This document shows, piece by piece, positions 22,868 through 31,989 of a stretch of 64,000 nucleotides of DNA. Below the pieces are notes generated by a model, which was not told the origin of the DNA, did no database searches, and saw nothing but the letters and a program-made list of their open reading frames with translations. Positions within the stretch are counted from its first letter, which is position 1, and each line of letters starts with the position of its first letter. The stretch is from assembly GCA_016214075.1 (NCBI GenBank), contig JACRPI010000020.1, positions 55,917-119,916 on the forward strand, read 5' to 3'. Origin of the DNA: Candidatus Woesearchaeota archaeon (GTDB taxonomy: Archaea; Nanobdellota; Nanobdellia; Woesearchaeales; DSVV01). A program made the position numbers and the translations under genes.

Positions 22868-24066
22868 AAATAATACCCCAACGTTGGCACGAGCAAACAA
22901 CCCATTGCCTGCGTTCTTGTGACTTTCACAATTCCTGGAATAATTCCTATCGCTGTTGTGGTTATGAGAACAAGAAGACCAAGCCATCCAGAAAAGAGGA
23001 TGGTTAAAAGAATGATCACCGCGATAATGATTCCCGTGAGCAGTTTGTAATTTATCTTTGTCACTATTTTACAAAACATCTTTCCTGTTTTGAGTGTGAT
23101 CATTGCTGCAATCGCTGCTGTGATAAGGATCGCTGCTGTAAAAAGGAATACTTCTTTCATTCCGATTGTGCCGAGGAGTTCTTCTATCCCAACAATTGCT
23201 CCATTTCTCGCTTTTTGGATTGTGTAGAGGGTGATAATGCTCATTAAGAACCCTGTCGCGTTGATACATCCTTGCAGAATCATATATCCATGATCTCCAA
23301 TGTTCTTCGCGAACTGCATGCCAAACAACGCGCCGATGTTTGGGCTTAACCCAGGAAACAGCGAAATAAATGCTGCGCTGAGCTGCCCTGCAATAATTGC
23401 TTTTCCTGCTGCTTTTTTGTCTACGTTAATCATTTCTGTGTCATATTGCATAGGGATATTTTCTTTTTCAAACAAACTCATGATCAGTGTCGCAATTCCA
23501 AAAAGACCGCTGAGCAGCGGAAATAGTGGATCTTTGATAGGTAATGCAAAAACTAACAGTCCTGTTATTCCTGCAAGAAGAAACACCACTGCTGCCCATA
23601 TTCTTTTTTTATTTTGTAGGAGCATCGCAATGATGATGAGAATCAGTAAAAATGCCATGTATTCTTTGATGATATTGTATATTTTTGGAATTAGATATAT
23701 TAGTGGATACATACAGAGTACTCCACCTATAATTCCAAAAAAACAGCCAATAATACTGAGTTTTACTGCCATTAATCCATTTCCTGTAATAAGATAGCGA
23801 TGTCCAGGAAGTACACTCAGTGCTGTTTCTGGATTTGGGCATCCTAAGAAAATACTTGGAATGATCTCTAAGAAAATATGCGTGACAGAGAGCGCGACAA
23901 TGAAAACGCAGAGCGTTATTGGTTCTGCGTATTGAAGGAGTGTTGCTGCTATGGTGACTAAAAGCGTGACCACAAGATTGACGTGGATCCCTGGCGCAAG
24001 GCCTGTTCCAATGCCGCAGATAATTCCTGCAGTTATTGCAATGATCAGTTCTATGAAAAGTTCCAT
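22864..24066 (-). CDS. TctA-like (DUF112) membrane transporter
   Basis: GLAPGIHVN, IPSIFLGCP, SVLPGHRY..GNG; highly hydrophobic. Confidence 0.85.
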   Translation of the reverse strand: MELFIELIIAITAGIICGIGTGLAPGIHVNLVVTLLVTIAATLLQYAEPITLCVFIVALSVTHIFLEIIPSIFLGCPNPETALSVLPGHRYLITGNGLMAVKLSIIGCFFGIIGGVLCMYPLIYLIPKIYNIIKEYMAFLLILIIIAMLLQNKKRIWAAVVFLLAGITGLLVFALPIKDPLFPLLSGLFGIATLIMSLFEKENIPMQYDTEMINVDKKAAGKAIIAGQLSAAFISLFPGLSPNIGALFGMQFAKNIGDHGYMILQGCINATGFLMSIITLYTIQKARNGAIVGIEELLGTIGMKEVFLFTAAILITAAIAAMITLKTGKMFCKIVTKINYKLLTGIIIAVIILLTILFSGWLGLLVLITTTAIGIIPGIVKVTRTQAMGCLLVPTLGYYL

Positions 24067-24194
24067 TGCTTTTTTTAGAACGTTAGTTAATAAATCTCTA
24101 TCTTCTGTTTTTCCGAATATCTTTCGGACTATCCGAAAAAAATAGGAGAAATTGCATTATTTTTTCGGCAAAATCGCTTTTTTCCGAAAATCTT

Positions 24195-25577
24195 TCAGAT
24201 ATACCGAATGCCCTTTATGAATGTTCCAACAACACTTCCTGGGAATGTCACTCCTTCAAATGGAGACCATCCTCCTTTTGTTCTTAGGTCTTCGCGTCGC
24301 ACTGTTGTTGGCTTTGTTGTATCGAGAAGCGTCAGTGAGCCATAATATCCTGCTTCTATTCTTCCAAACTTACCAAGACCTGTATGTAGTTGGTTGACAA
24401 AATTACCTGGATTTTCTGCGCAAACTCGCGCAATATCTTGTGGCATGAATCCATGCTCTTTCATGAGCCATGTAGCGATAAGACCATAGGTATCTAATTG
24501 CGGTGTTCCTGATGTTCCATCATGACATGCAAGCGCTCTACATCGTTCTAGATCAGTTTCTTTCAGATGCCTGTAATATTGTTCAGGAGTCATTCCCAAT
24601 CCTTCTTGTTCTTCTGTTTTGAATTGTTTGAATTTTTCCTCTAATGTGTGCGGCGCGTGATCTGTCGCAAGATGTTGAATGAATCCGCTTTTGAGTGCTT
24701 GAATCAATGCAAGCCTGTGTTCTCTTCCTTGCAACGCAGGATTCATCTGTACATACGGCCAGAATTCTGGTCTTTCTTGGAGCATATCTGCGTCATAGAA
24801 GAGGTGGAGTGGAGAAACTTCTAACGCGGTGTTGTATCCTCTTGCTCGATGTTTTGCGATCATCTCAAAACTTTTTCCACCGACAGGCCAATGACAGAGT
24901 TTCGCGTCAAGTTCATACTCTTCGATAATTTGTAGGACATATTCCAACGCTTTTTCCACGCATGCTACAGGTCTTCTTGCTGCGTGTGTTGCTTGTGTTT
25001 TATGTGTTTCTAGAACATCAAAATCTTCTACATGAAAACTCACTCTTTTTCCCTTATAATGTTGGAGTGTGTTTCTTAGTTCTTGTTCGTTTCTAAAAAA
25101 AAGCGTTCCGACAGATGGACCTGTAAACACTTTGTACGCGACTTCTTCTTCTAATGGTCTTGTCTCTGGACCAATTCCTACATAATGGAACATGGTGACT
25201 TCGTACTCATTGCAGCGGTGCTGATGCCAGTGGAGTTGTGCAGAAGTGATCAGTGGCGCAGGGGTGTTTGGCATGTCACTTGTATGAACGACACCTCCAT
25301 GAAGCGCTGCTGCGTTAACTGTTGCGTAGTCTTCTTTGTAGCATTGCTTTTCTGTTTCATCTTCTCGCGCGTGAATATGGATGTCTCCAAATCCTGGAAA
25401 TATAAGAACGCTTTCAGGGAATATATAATCTGGCTTCCCTATTGATCTTTGTTCGAAAAGTCCTGCTCCTTTTTCTACTCTTGTAATAAGTCCTGTCTTT
25501 GCGTCAATTGCAATTTGTCCAAAGAATACGTCGTCAGGTCTTACTATTTGCCCTTCAATGATAACATTATTTACCAT
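24195..25577 (-). CDS. pyrC: Dihydroorotase
   Basis: PGFGDIHIHARE, DMPNT, QMNPAL, TDHAPH, WSPFEG; adjacent to pyr genes. Confidence 0.9.
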   Translation of the reverse strand: MVNNVIIEGQIVRPDDVFFGQIAIDAKTGLITRVEKGAGLFEQRSIGKPDYIFPESVLIFPGFGDIHIHAREDETEKQCYKEDYATVNAAALHGGVVHTSDMPNTPAPLITSAQLHWHQHRCNEYEVTMFHYVGIGPETRPLEEEVAYKVFTGPSVGTLFFRNEQELRNTLQHYKGKRVSFHVEDFDVLETHKTQATHAARRPVACVEKALEYVLQIIEEYELDAKLCHWPVGGKSFEMIAKHRARGYNTALEVSPLHLFYDADMLQERPEFWPYVQMNPALQGREHRLALIQALKSGFIQHLATDHAPHTLEEKFKQFKTEEQEGLGMTPEQYYRHLKETDLERCRALACHDGTSGTPQLDTYGLIATWLMKEHGFMPQDIARVCAENPGNFVNQLHTGLGKFGRIEAGYYGSLTLLDTTKPTTVRREDLRTKGGWSPFEGVTFPGSVVGTFIKGIRYI

Positions 25578-25630
25578 GCTTTTCGGTGTTTTTTTAGGAA
25601 TTATAAAGCTATTCTTTCCTCTTTTCTGTC

Positions 25631-26161
25631 CTATTCTTTTTTTTCAAATTCGTTTTTGAGAATACTGTACATTCGTAAGTTACCATATTGATTGAGTCCA
25701 TTTAACGCTGCCATCCGCTGTGTTCCTTCATAGACAAATCCACATTTCTTAATTACTGTTTGCGACGGGATGTTTTGCTCTAACGCGGTTATATCTATGC
25801 GCACGACCCCTTTTCTTCTGAAGCCATACTCAATCATCTTTTTTACTGCTTCAGTCATATACCCTTTATTTCGATAATCTCTCCCCAGCCAATATCCTAT
25901 TGCTCCGCTGTTACTCTTTTTTCTATACAGAAAATTAATGGATCCCATAACCTCTCCTGTTTTGCTTTTTATTATGAAAATACTATCGTCATTCCTCTTT
26001 CCTTCGTGATAATACTCTCTTATTTTTTTCTTTGTTATAGGAAATGGAATTGTTGTCCAACTCGAGAGTTCTTTGTTTTCTTCTTTAATGATCTTGTACA
26101 CTGCGTTGACATATTTTGGATGTACGGGAACAAGTTCTAGGTTTTTTGTTCTTATTTTCAT
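25631..26161 (-). CDS. RimJ/RimL-family GNAT acetyltransferase
   Basis: IGYWLGRDYRNKGYMTEA, NIPSQTVIKKCGFVYEG. Confidence 0.92.
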   Translation of the reverse strand: MKIRTKNLELVPVHPKYVNAVYKIIKEENKELSSWTTIPFPITKKKIREYYHEGKRNDDSIFIIKSKTGEVMGSINFLYRKKSNSGAIGYWLGRDYRNKGYMTEAVKKMIEYGFRRKGVVRIDITALEQNIPSQTVIKKCGFVYEGTQRMAALNGLNQYGNLRMYSILKNEFEKKE

Positions 26162-26239
26162 TGTTATTATGATATTTTTTAGAAAGATTCTATATTAATG
26201 TTTTGGAAAATAAGAAAAAAAACAAAATCAAAAATGTTT

Positions 26240-27118
26240 TTACAATCGAACTGTCTCATTCATTTTTTGTAATGCCCGCACAGCTGCTCCTGCGTAGTCA
26301 TTTGGATTTCCTTCTTTTTCATATGCCCAATTAATATCTGAGGATGCATTTATTCTATGGATTCTTAGATCTGTACCACTTCTTCTTAATGCAGCAACAA
26401 CTTCTTCTAAGCTTCCTCCCTGTTTTCCGATTCCTGGAATTAAAAAGGGAACTTCTACTCTGCAGTTGACATAAAACCTACTTACTTCTTCCAGTTCTTC
26501 TGTGCCGCCTGTTCCGCCAAACACTGCGCCTATGCCTTGTTTGTACCACCGCTTTCCTATGAGTTCTGCAACATGTCCATATGTGTTGTTGACATCTTGA
26601 ATATCTTTTCTTCCTGGATTTGATGTTCGCAAAAGAATGTAGACCCCTTTTCCTGTATCACAGTACTTTACAAAAGGCATTATGGAATCTTCTCCCATGT
26701 ATGGCGCGACAGTAATTGCGTTAAAGTTCCATTCTTCAGAATTGAACAGCGCTTCTGCATACGCTTCACTTGACGCGCCAATGTCTCCTCGTTTCGCGTC
26801 TCCTATAATTGGAATGTTTAGTCTTCTGCACTCTGCGTTGATCGCATCCAATGCTTCAAGCAATCCGTAGCGTTTTCTTCCTCTCTCAAAATACGCGAGA
26901 TTTGGTTTCACTGCCGCGGGGAAAATTCCTTGTCTTTCACATTCTTGTAAAATGTTGATATAAAATTCTTTTACTGCTCTTTGCACATCTTTGTCTTCTA
27001 ATCTTTGATCGGGTTGGACTTTTGCTATCTTATCGAGTTGTGGATCAATGCCCATGCAGATGATTGATCTTGTTTCATCCGCACGCTGTTTCAGTTGGTC
27101 GAGGTAGTTCATTGTCAT
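26240..27118 (-). CDS. pyrF: Orotidine-5'-phosphate decarboxylase (long subfamily)
   Basis: ICMGIDP, KPNLAYF, DAKRGDIG, LRTSNP, LIPGIGKQGG. Confidence 0.95.
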   Translation of the reverse strand: MTMNYLDQLKQRADETRSIICMGIDPQLDKIAKVQPDQRLEDKDVQRAVKEFYINILQECERQGIFPAAVKPNLAYFERGRKRYGLLEALDAINAECRRLNIPIIGDAKRGDIGASSEAYAEALFNSEEWNFNAITVAPYMGEDSIMPFVKYCDTGKGVYILLRTSNPGRKDIQDVNNTYGHVAELIGKRWYKQGIGAVFGGTGGTEELEEVSRFYVNCRVEVPFLIPGIGKQGGSLEEVVAALRRSGTDLRIHRINASSDINWAYEKEGNPNDYAGAAVRALQKMNETVRL

Positions 27119-27129
27119 TGTTTCACCCT

Positions 27130-27804
27130 TTATTCAAAGCCGTGTTTTTTGCCCCAGCCTTTTGGGTCTGCTTTCCAGTCCATAACAATTGCTTCATGGT
27201 CAGCTGCTATTTTTTCTAATGCTCTCGCTTCTTCTACCATTGCAGTAAAGACTGTTCCTGTGTATAAACTACAGTTTGCTTCTCTAAATGCTTGTTCTGC
27301 TTCTGCCATTTCATAGGTTGAGATTGCTAAACATGCTTCGACAATTCCTCCTGCTTCTCGCACTGGTTGAATTGCTCGAACACTGCTTCCTCCTGTGCTG
27401 ATGTGATCTTCAATGATCAGTACTCTCTGTCCTTGTTCAAATCTTCCTTCTATCTGATTCTTTCTTCCGTGCTCTTTAGGTTTTTCTCGAATGTAAATCA
27501 TTGGTTTTCTTGTTCTGTCTGCAATGATTCCTGCCCATCCTATTCCCGCAGTTGCAATACCTGCAATTACATCATATTCTATTCTATGTTCTTGGATCAT
27601 GTCTAGATATACTTTTACAATAGCTTCTCTTGCATCTACATTAGAAAGTAATGCTCTGTTATCGCAATAGATTGGGCTTTTAATTCCAGATGCGTAGGTG
27701 TATGGTTCTGTTGATCGAATAATAACGCATGCTGCTTCTAGTTGTACTCGTGCCACTCTTCTTTCTCTGCTTTCTGCTGCATACAATGTAGTCATAGTTT
27801 TCAC
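27130..27804 (-). CDS. pyrE: Orotate phosphoribosyltransferase
   Basis: ASGIKSPIYCDNR, KPKEHG, PRPP motif LIIEDHISTGGS. Confidence 0.96.
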   Translation of the reverse strand: MKTMTTLYAAESRERRVARVQLEAACVIIRSTEPYTYASGIKSPIYCDNRALLSNVDAREAIVKVYLDMIQEHRIEYDVIAGIATAGIGWAGIIADRTRKPMIYIREKPKEHGRKNQIEGRFEQGQRVLIIEDHISTGGSSVRAIQPVREAGGIVEACLAISTYEMAEAEQAFREANCSLYTGTVFTAMVEEARALEKIAADHEAIVMDWKADPKGWGKKHGFE

Positions 27805-27819
27805 CTTGTTTCTTCCTTC

Positions 27820-28755
27820 TTACAAAATCTTTAGTTTTCCTTTCGCGTCATCAATACTCGCGTATCCTTTCTTCTCTAAGAATAATCTTAATTCATTATC
27901 CAATCGTTCAAAACATGTAGGACCTTCTTTTTGCAATGTTGTGCCGACTTGCACTGCGCTTGCTCCCGCTAACAAGAATTCAAACGCGTCAACTCCTGTC
28001 TGAATTCCTCCAACGCCAATGATGTCGATGTCTGCTCTGAGGAGTTCTCTAAATTTTCTGACATTCGCGAGCGCGATTGGTTTGATATATGCGCCTCCTA
28101 AGCCACCGAACCCTCCTTTTGGTTTGATAACGACTGATTCTGTTTCGGGATCAATGAAGAGCGCGTTGCCGACGGAATTAATGCAGGTCACAAATTTTAT
28201 GTTGTACTTATTTAGTATTGCTGCCATTTGTTCAAAGTGCACAAAATCAAAATATGGAGAGAGTTTAACGCCGAGCGGCTTTTTGCTGATCTTTGTTATT
28301 TCCCTCAGCACTACTTCTGTTTGTTCGAAATCATAACATACTTGTGGTTTTCCTACAATGTTTGGACAGGAAAGATTTACTTCATACGCATCAATTTCTG
28401 GAATAGTGTTGAGGTGATTAATGATTTTCATATTGTCTTCTAACTTTAATCCAGAAACACTCACCAAATATGGTTTTTTGAACTTGTTTTTTAGGATCGG
28501 AGCGAATTCTCCATACTTCATGTAGCCGAGATTTGGCAAACCCATAGAATTTATTGAGCCCAGATTGAGTTCTTTATATCGTGGTTCTGGATTTCCTTCT
28601 CGCGGTTCATATGTGCAGGATTTTGAAAGAATGACTCCGCTTTTTGACGCGCCTAGTGCTTCCAAATGTTCGATTGTTGTGCATTTTGGACCAGACGCGT
28701 TAAAGAAATAGGTTTCCAATGGAATTCCTCCAATGGTTGTTTTCAGGTTCGTCAT
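27820..28755 (-). CDS. pyrD: Dihydroorotate dehydrogenase, class 1A (fumarate-type) by motif
   Basis: NASG, SINSMGLPNLG, EVNLSCPNIVGKPQ, KLSPYFD, FGGLGG, GVGGI. Confidence 0.93.
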   Translation of the reverse strand: MTNLKTTIGGIPLETYFFNASGPKCTTIEHLEALGASKSGVILSKSCTYEPREGNPEPRYKELNLGSINSMGLPNLGYMKYGEFAPILKNKFKKPYLVSVSGLKLEDNMKIINHLNTIPEIDAYEVNLSCPNIVGKPQVCYDFEQTEVVLREITKISKKPLGVKLSPYFDFVHFEQMAAILNKYNIKFVTCINSVGNALFIDPETESVVIKPKGGFGGLGGAYIKPIALANVRKFRELLRADIDIIGVGGIQTGVDAFEFLLAGASAVQVGTTLQKEGPTCFERLDNELRLFLEKKGYASIDDAKGKLKIL

Positions 28756-28800
28756 TAAAAAAGAAGGAGAGGAATTCAGGTTTTAAATGGGTTGTGTTTT

Positions 28801-29718
28801 TTACATCGCCCGTAACTTACTAATTCTATCATTAATATCCGGATGCGTCGCAAATAATCCAGTCACAAAACCTTTTGTTTTTCTAAACGGGGTTGAAATA
28901 AACAAATGCGCTGTCGCTTTATTCGCTTTATCCACAAGCGGATCAGGATCTGCTTTGATCTTTTCGAGCGCGCTTGCAAGTCCTTCTGGATTTCTTGTCA
29001 GTAACGCCCCATTCGCGTCCGCGAGATACTCTCGTCTTCTGCTTACTGCTAACTTAATCATTTCTCCGATAATCGGCGCAAGAATCGCAAGCACAAACGC
29101 AACGACAATGAGTATAATTACCAACTGGCCACCATCTTTCCGATCTCTTCCTGCGCCACCCCACAAAAAGGTTCTGAAAATAAAGTCGCTGAGAAGAATA
29201 GTGATCCCTACGAGGACTGCGGTGATGAGCATCACCCGAATATCGTAATTTTTGATGTGCGACATTTCGTGGCCTATAACTCCTTCTATCTCTTGTCTGT
29301 TAAGCTTGTTCAGTAATCCTGTGGTAACGGTGATTGACGCGTTCTTTGGATCTGTTCCTGTCGCAAACGCGTTCAATGCTGTATCGTCAATCACATAACA
29401 TTTTGGTGTAGGAATTCCTGCCGCAATCGCTACTCCTTCTACTGTGTGGAACAAATGAGGAAATTCTCGTTTGCTGACTTCTCTCGCGCCTGTTGTTTTG
29501 AGAATAATATTGCTTCCTTGAGCATACATGATGATGGTGTAGAAAATCGCGCCAAAGATTGCCATGCCAAACCCAAAGATTGGTGTTCCGTAGAGGATGC
29601 CTAAGAAATATCCAAGTATCGCGATGATGAAGATGAATACTGACATAATGAGATAGGTCTTTATTTTGTTCCATCGTACTTCTTCATGGATATTGAGTTT
29701 TGTTTCCATTTTATTCAC
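28801..29718 (-). CDS. htpX: HtpX zinc metalloprotease (M48)
   Basis: NAFATG, HEMSH, SRRREYLAD, THPDINDRI. Confidence 0.96.
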   Translation of the reverse strand: MNKMETKLNIHEEVRWNKIKTYLIMSVFIFIIAILGYFLGILYGTPIFGFGMAIFGAIFYTIIMYAQGSNIILKTTGAREVSKREFPHLFHTVEGVAIAAGIPTPKCYVIDDTALNAFATGTDPKNASITVTTGLLNKLNRQEIEGVIGHEMSHIKNYDIRVMLITAVLVGITILLSDFIFRTFLWGGAGRDRKDGGQLVIILIVVAFVLAILAPIIGEMIKLAVSRRREYLADANGALLTRNPEGLASALEKIKADPDPLVDKANKATAHLFISTPFRKTKGFVTGLFATHPDINDRISKLRAM

Positions 29719-29770
29719 TTTTCTTATTTTATTTGTTCTTCACATGTCCTTAAAATATTATTTCAAAAAT

Positions 29771-29900
29771 ACCCCATTGCTGACGCAATGGGTCCCCCTG
29801 ACAATCTTGCTTTTGCAGGTGCGTGTTTCTGCTGCTGAGCGAATATTCGCCTTATTGCTTGAATCGCATCGCAGTCCTATTGAATCCCTATATCTTTATT
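29771..29900 (+). repeat. Dispersed hairpin element, copy 3 (with extended tail)
   Basis: ACCCCATTGC-TGAC-GCAATGGGTCCCCCTGAC..GGTGCGTGTTT..CTGAGCGAATATT..GCAGTCCTATTGAATCCCTATATCTTTATT. Confidence 0.9.
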
Positions 29901-29943
29901 ATTTATTTTTTACTACTGCATACATAATTAAAAAAAGAAAAAA

Positions 29944-30492
29944 CTAAAATTGAACCTTCACATTCTTGCGTTCTTCTTCTGGAACAGGATACATTTCTTT
30001 TTCCTTGAATCCAAATGATTTTGCAATCATGTTTGTTGGAACAGTTTCCACTTTATTGTTGTATTCCAAAACCATATCATTGTAATGCTGCCTTGCATAC
30101 GCAATCTTGCTTTCTGTGCCTGATAATTCTTCCTGCAATTGGAGGAAGTTTTCATTTGCCTGCAATTTTGGATAATTTTCAGATACTGCGAACAGTGTCT
30201 TTAGTGTGCCTTCAAGCATATTTTCTGCTTTTGCTTTGTCTTTGACAGAACTTGCGCCCATAAACGCTGTTCGCGCTTTTGTACATTCTTCAAGCACTCC
30301 TTTCTCATGCTTTGCATACCCTTTGACTGTTTCAATGAGATTTGGGATTAAGTCAAATCTTCGTTTTAACTGGACGTCAATTTGCGCCCACGCGTTGTCA
30401 ATTTGGTTTTGTAATCGCACTAAACCATTGTATAATACTATTCCTATAATGAGCAGCACTGCTGCGATAATTCCTACTATAAGCCATACCAT
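29944..30492 (-). CDS. lemA: LemA family protein
   Basis: [34 protein letters not shown]; canonical lemA-htpX pair. Confidence 0.97.
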   Translation of the reverse strand: MVWLIVGIIAAVLLIIGIVLYNGLVRLQNQIDNAWAQIDVQLKRRFDLIPNLIETVKGYAKHEKGVLEECTKARTAFMGASSVKDKAKAENMLEGTLKTLFAVSENYPKLQANENFLQLQEELSGTESKIAYARQHYNDMVLEYNNKVETVPTNMIAKSFGFKEKEMYPVPEEERKNVKVQF

Positions 30493-30535
30493 TGTTGATC
30501 ACCTGTTGATTTTACTTAGAATACTTTATTTGGCT

Positions 30536-31309
30536 TTAAAGTTTGCGCTCTTTTACTCCATTATAAGATGTTTCTTTATCTTCTAATCTTCTAAACGGTT
30601 TCTCTTTGCACGCTTCTTCATGAACATGCGCAATAATACTTGCAGTTCGTGGTAAGATGAAAAATCCTCGCCCAATCTTCCAGTCAAAACCCATTTCGAG
30701 TATGACTGCAGCGATCGCGCCATCAATGTTGATGCAGAGTTTTTTTCCTTTCTTCTTTTCTAAATAGGATTCTATTTTTTGCACTGTTTCAATATATTTT
30801 CCTGCATAGCCTGCTTTCTTTGCTTGCTGAAAAATCGCCTGCGCTCGTGGATCATGGTCTGTGTAGATTTTGTGGCCAAAACCAGGAATGCGCTGCTTTC
30901 TTTCCATCATGTTGTCCACAATATGTTTCGCAATCTCTTCTGCTGATTTGTTTTTCATTTCTTCATCGATATGCGAATGAAGGAGTTGCGCGCATTGTTC
31001 CATCGCGCCGCCATGATGCTGACCAATCGCTAATATTCCTGCCGCAACCGCGCTGTTCATTTGTCCTGAACCAGAATATGCGATTCGCGCAGCGGTGATT
31101 GATGGTGGAGTTATTCCATGTTCCATCGCGCTGATAAGAATGGTGTTGAACAATGCTTCTTCTTTTTTGTTTGGAAGTTCTCCTTTCCAAAGTAACCAAA
31201 TTGCTTGGGTGAAATTGCATTTGGTCATCAGGTCTTCGACATTATAACCTCTGATGAGTGTCTTTTCTTCTGTCGCAACACTGATAGATGTTTTCCAGCC
31301 TTGTTCCAT
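30536..31309 (-). CDS. ccl: Citryl-CoA lyase (citrate-synthase homology domain)
   Basis: IRGYNV, EHGITPPS, HHGGAME, IPGFGH, DPRA, NIDGAIA. Confidence 0.88.
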   Translation of the reverse strand: MEQGWKTSISVATEEKTLIRGYNVEDLMTKCNFTQAIWLLWKGELPNKKEEALFNTILISAMEHGITPPSITAARIAYSGSGQMNSAVAAGILAIGQHHGGAMEQCAQLLHSHIDEEMKNKSAEEIAKHIVDNMMERKQRIPGFGHKIYTDHDPRAQAIFQQAKKAGYAGKYIETVQKIESYLEKKKGKKLCINIDGAIAAVILEMGFDWKIGRGFFILPRTASIIAHVHEEACKEKPFRRLEDKETSYNGVKERKL

Positions 31310-31370
31310 ATCTCTTGCTGAGATACGGTTGTTTATATTGCTTGTGGAAGAAGAATGTGTTGTTGCTATT

Positions 31371-31529
31371 TTATAACTCTCCTTTTCTGTCTGCTATGAT
31401 TGTATCATAAACAGACCATGCTTGACAACATCCGCATCCATTCTCATAATTTGGACAATGTTTTCCGTATAAGTTTTCTATTTTATGTTTCAGCCAATTT
31501 TCATAAACTCTTTCTTTCCTTTTTGTCAT
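31371..31529 (-). CDS. 52-aa Cys-rich microprotein (not in ORF track)
   Basis: Manual translation MTKRKERVYENWLKHKIENLYGKHCPNYENGCGCCQAWSVYDTIIADRKGEL. Confidence 0.55.
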   Translation of the reverse strand: MTKRKERVYENWLKHKIENLYGKHCPNYENGCGCCQAWSVYDTIIADRKGEL

Positions 31530-31605
31530 CACAAATGTTGTTATTCACTTCTATTTAACTCTTTCCTCAACAAAATATTTATACTCTTTTTTTATCCTTC
31601 TTTTT

Positions 31606-31983
31606 ATGGTCATAAAAAATGTCGTTACTGTTTTTATTTTTCATAATAATAAACTTCTTTTACTCAAAAGAAAAAAACAACCATATTTAGATTGCTGGGC
31701 TCCTCCTGGCGGGAAATTGGATGGTGATGAATCTCCTGAACAGGCTGCAGTTCGAGAGATAGTAGAAGAAGTGAATCTTCATGTTACTCTTGAAAAATAT
31801 CTTGGTTCGTATCTCAACCCAGAAACAGAAGTCCTCGATCATGTATTTACTACAACTTCTTTCTCAGGCACTGTGCATAACAACGAACCAGAGAAACACG
31901 AAACTGTTGCTTGGTTTTCCTTAGATGAAATCCCTCAAAACACGAGTTGGATAGTGAAAAGATGGCTGGAATTGAAGAAATGA
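31606..31983 (+). CDS. NUDIX hydrolase
   Basis: Nudix box GGKLDGDESPEQAAVREIVEEVNL. Confidence 0.93.
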   Translation: MVIKNVVTVFIFHNNKLLLLKRKKQPYLDCWAPPGGKLDGDESPEQAAVREIVEEVNLHVTLEKYLGSYLNPETEVLDHVFTTTSFSGTVHNNEPEKHETVAWFSLDEIPQNTSWIVKRWLELKK

Positions 31984-31989
31984 ACTAAA

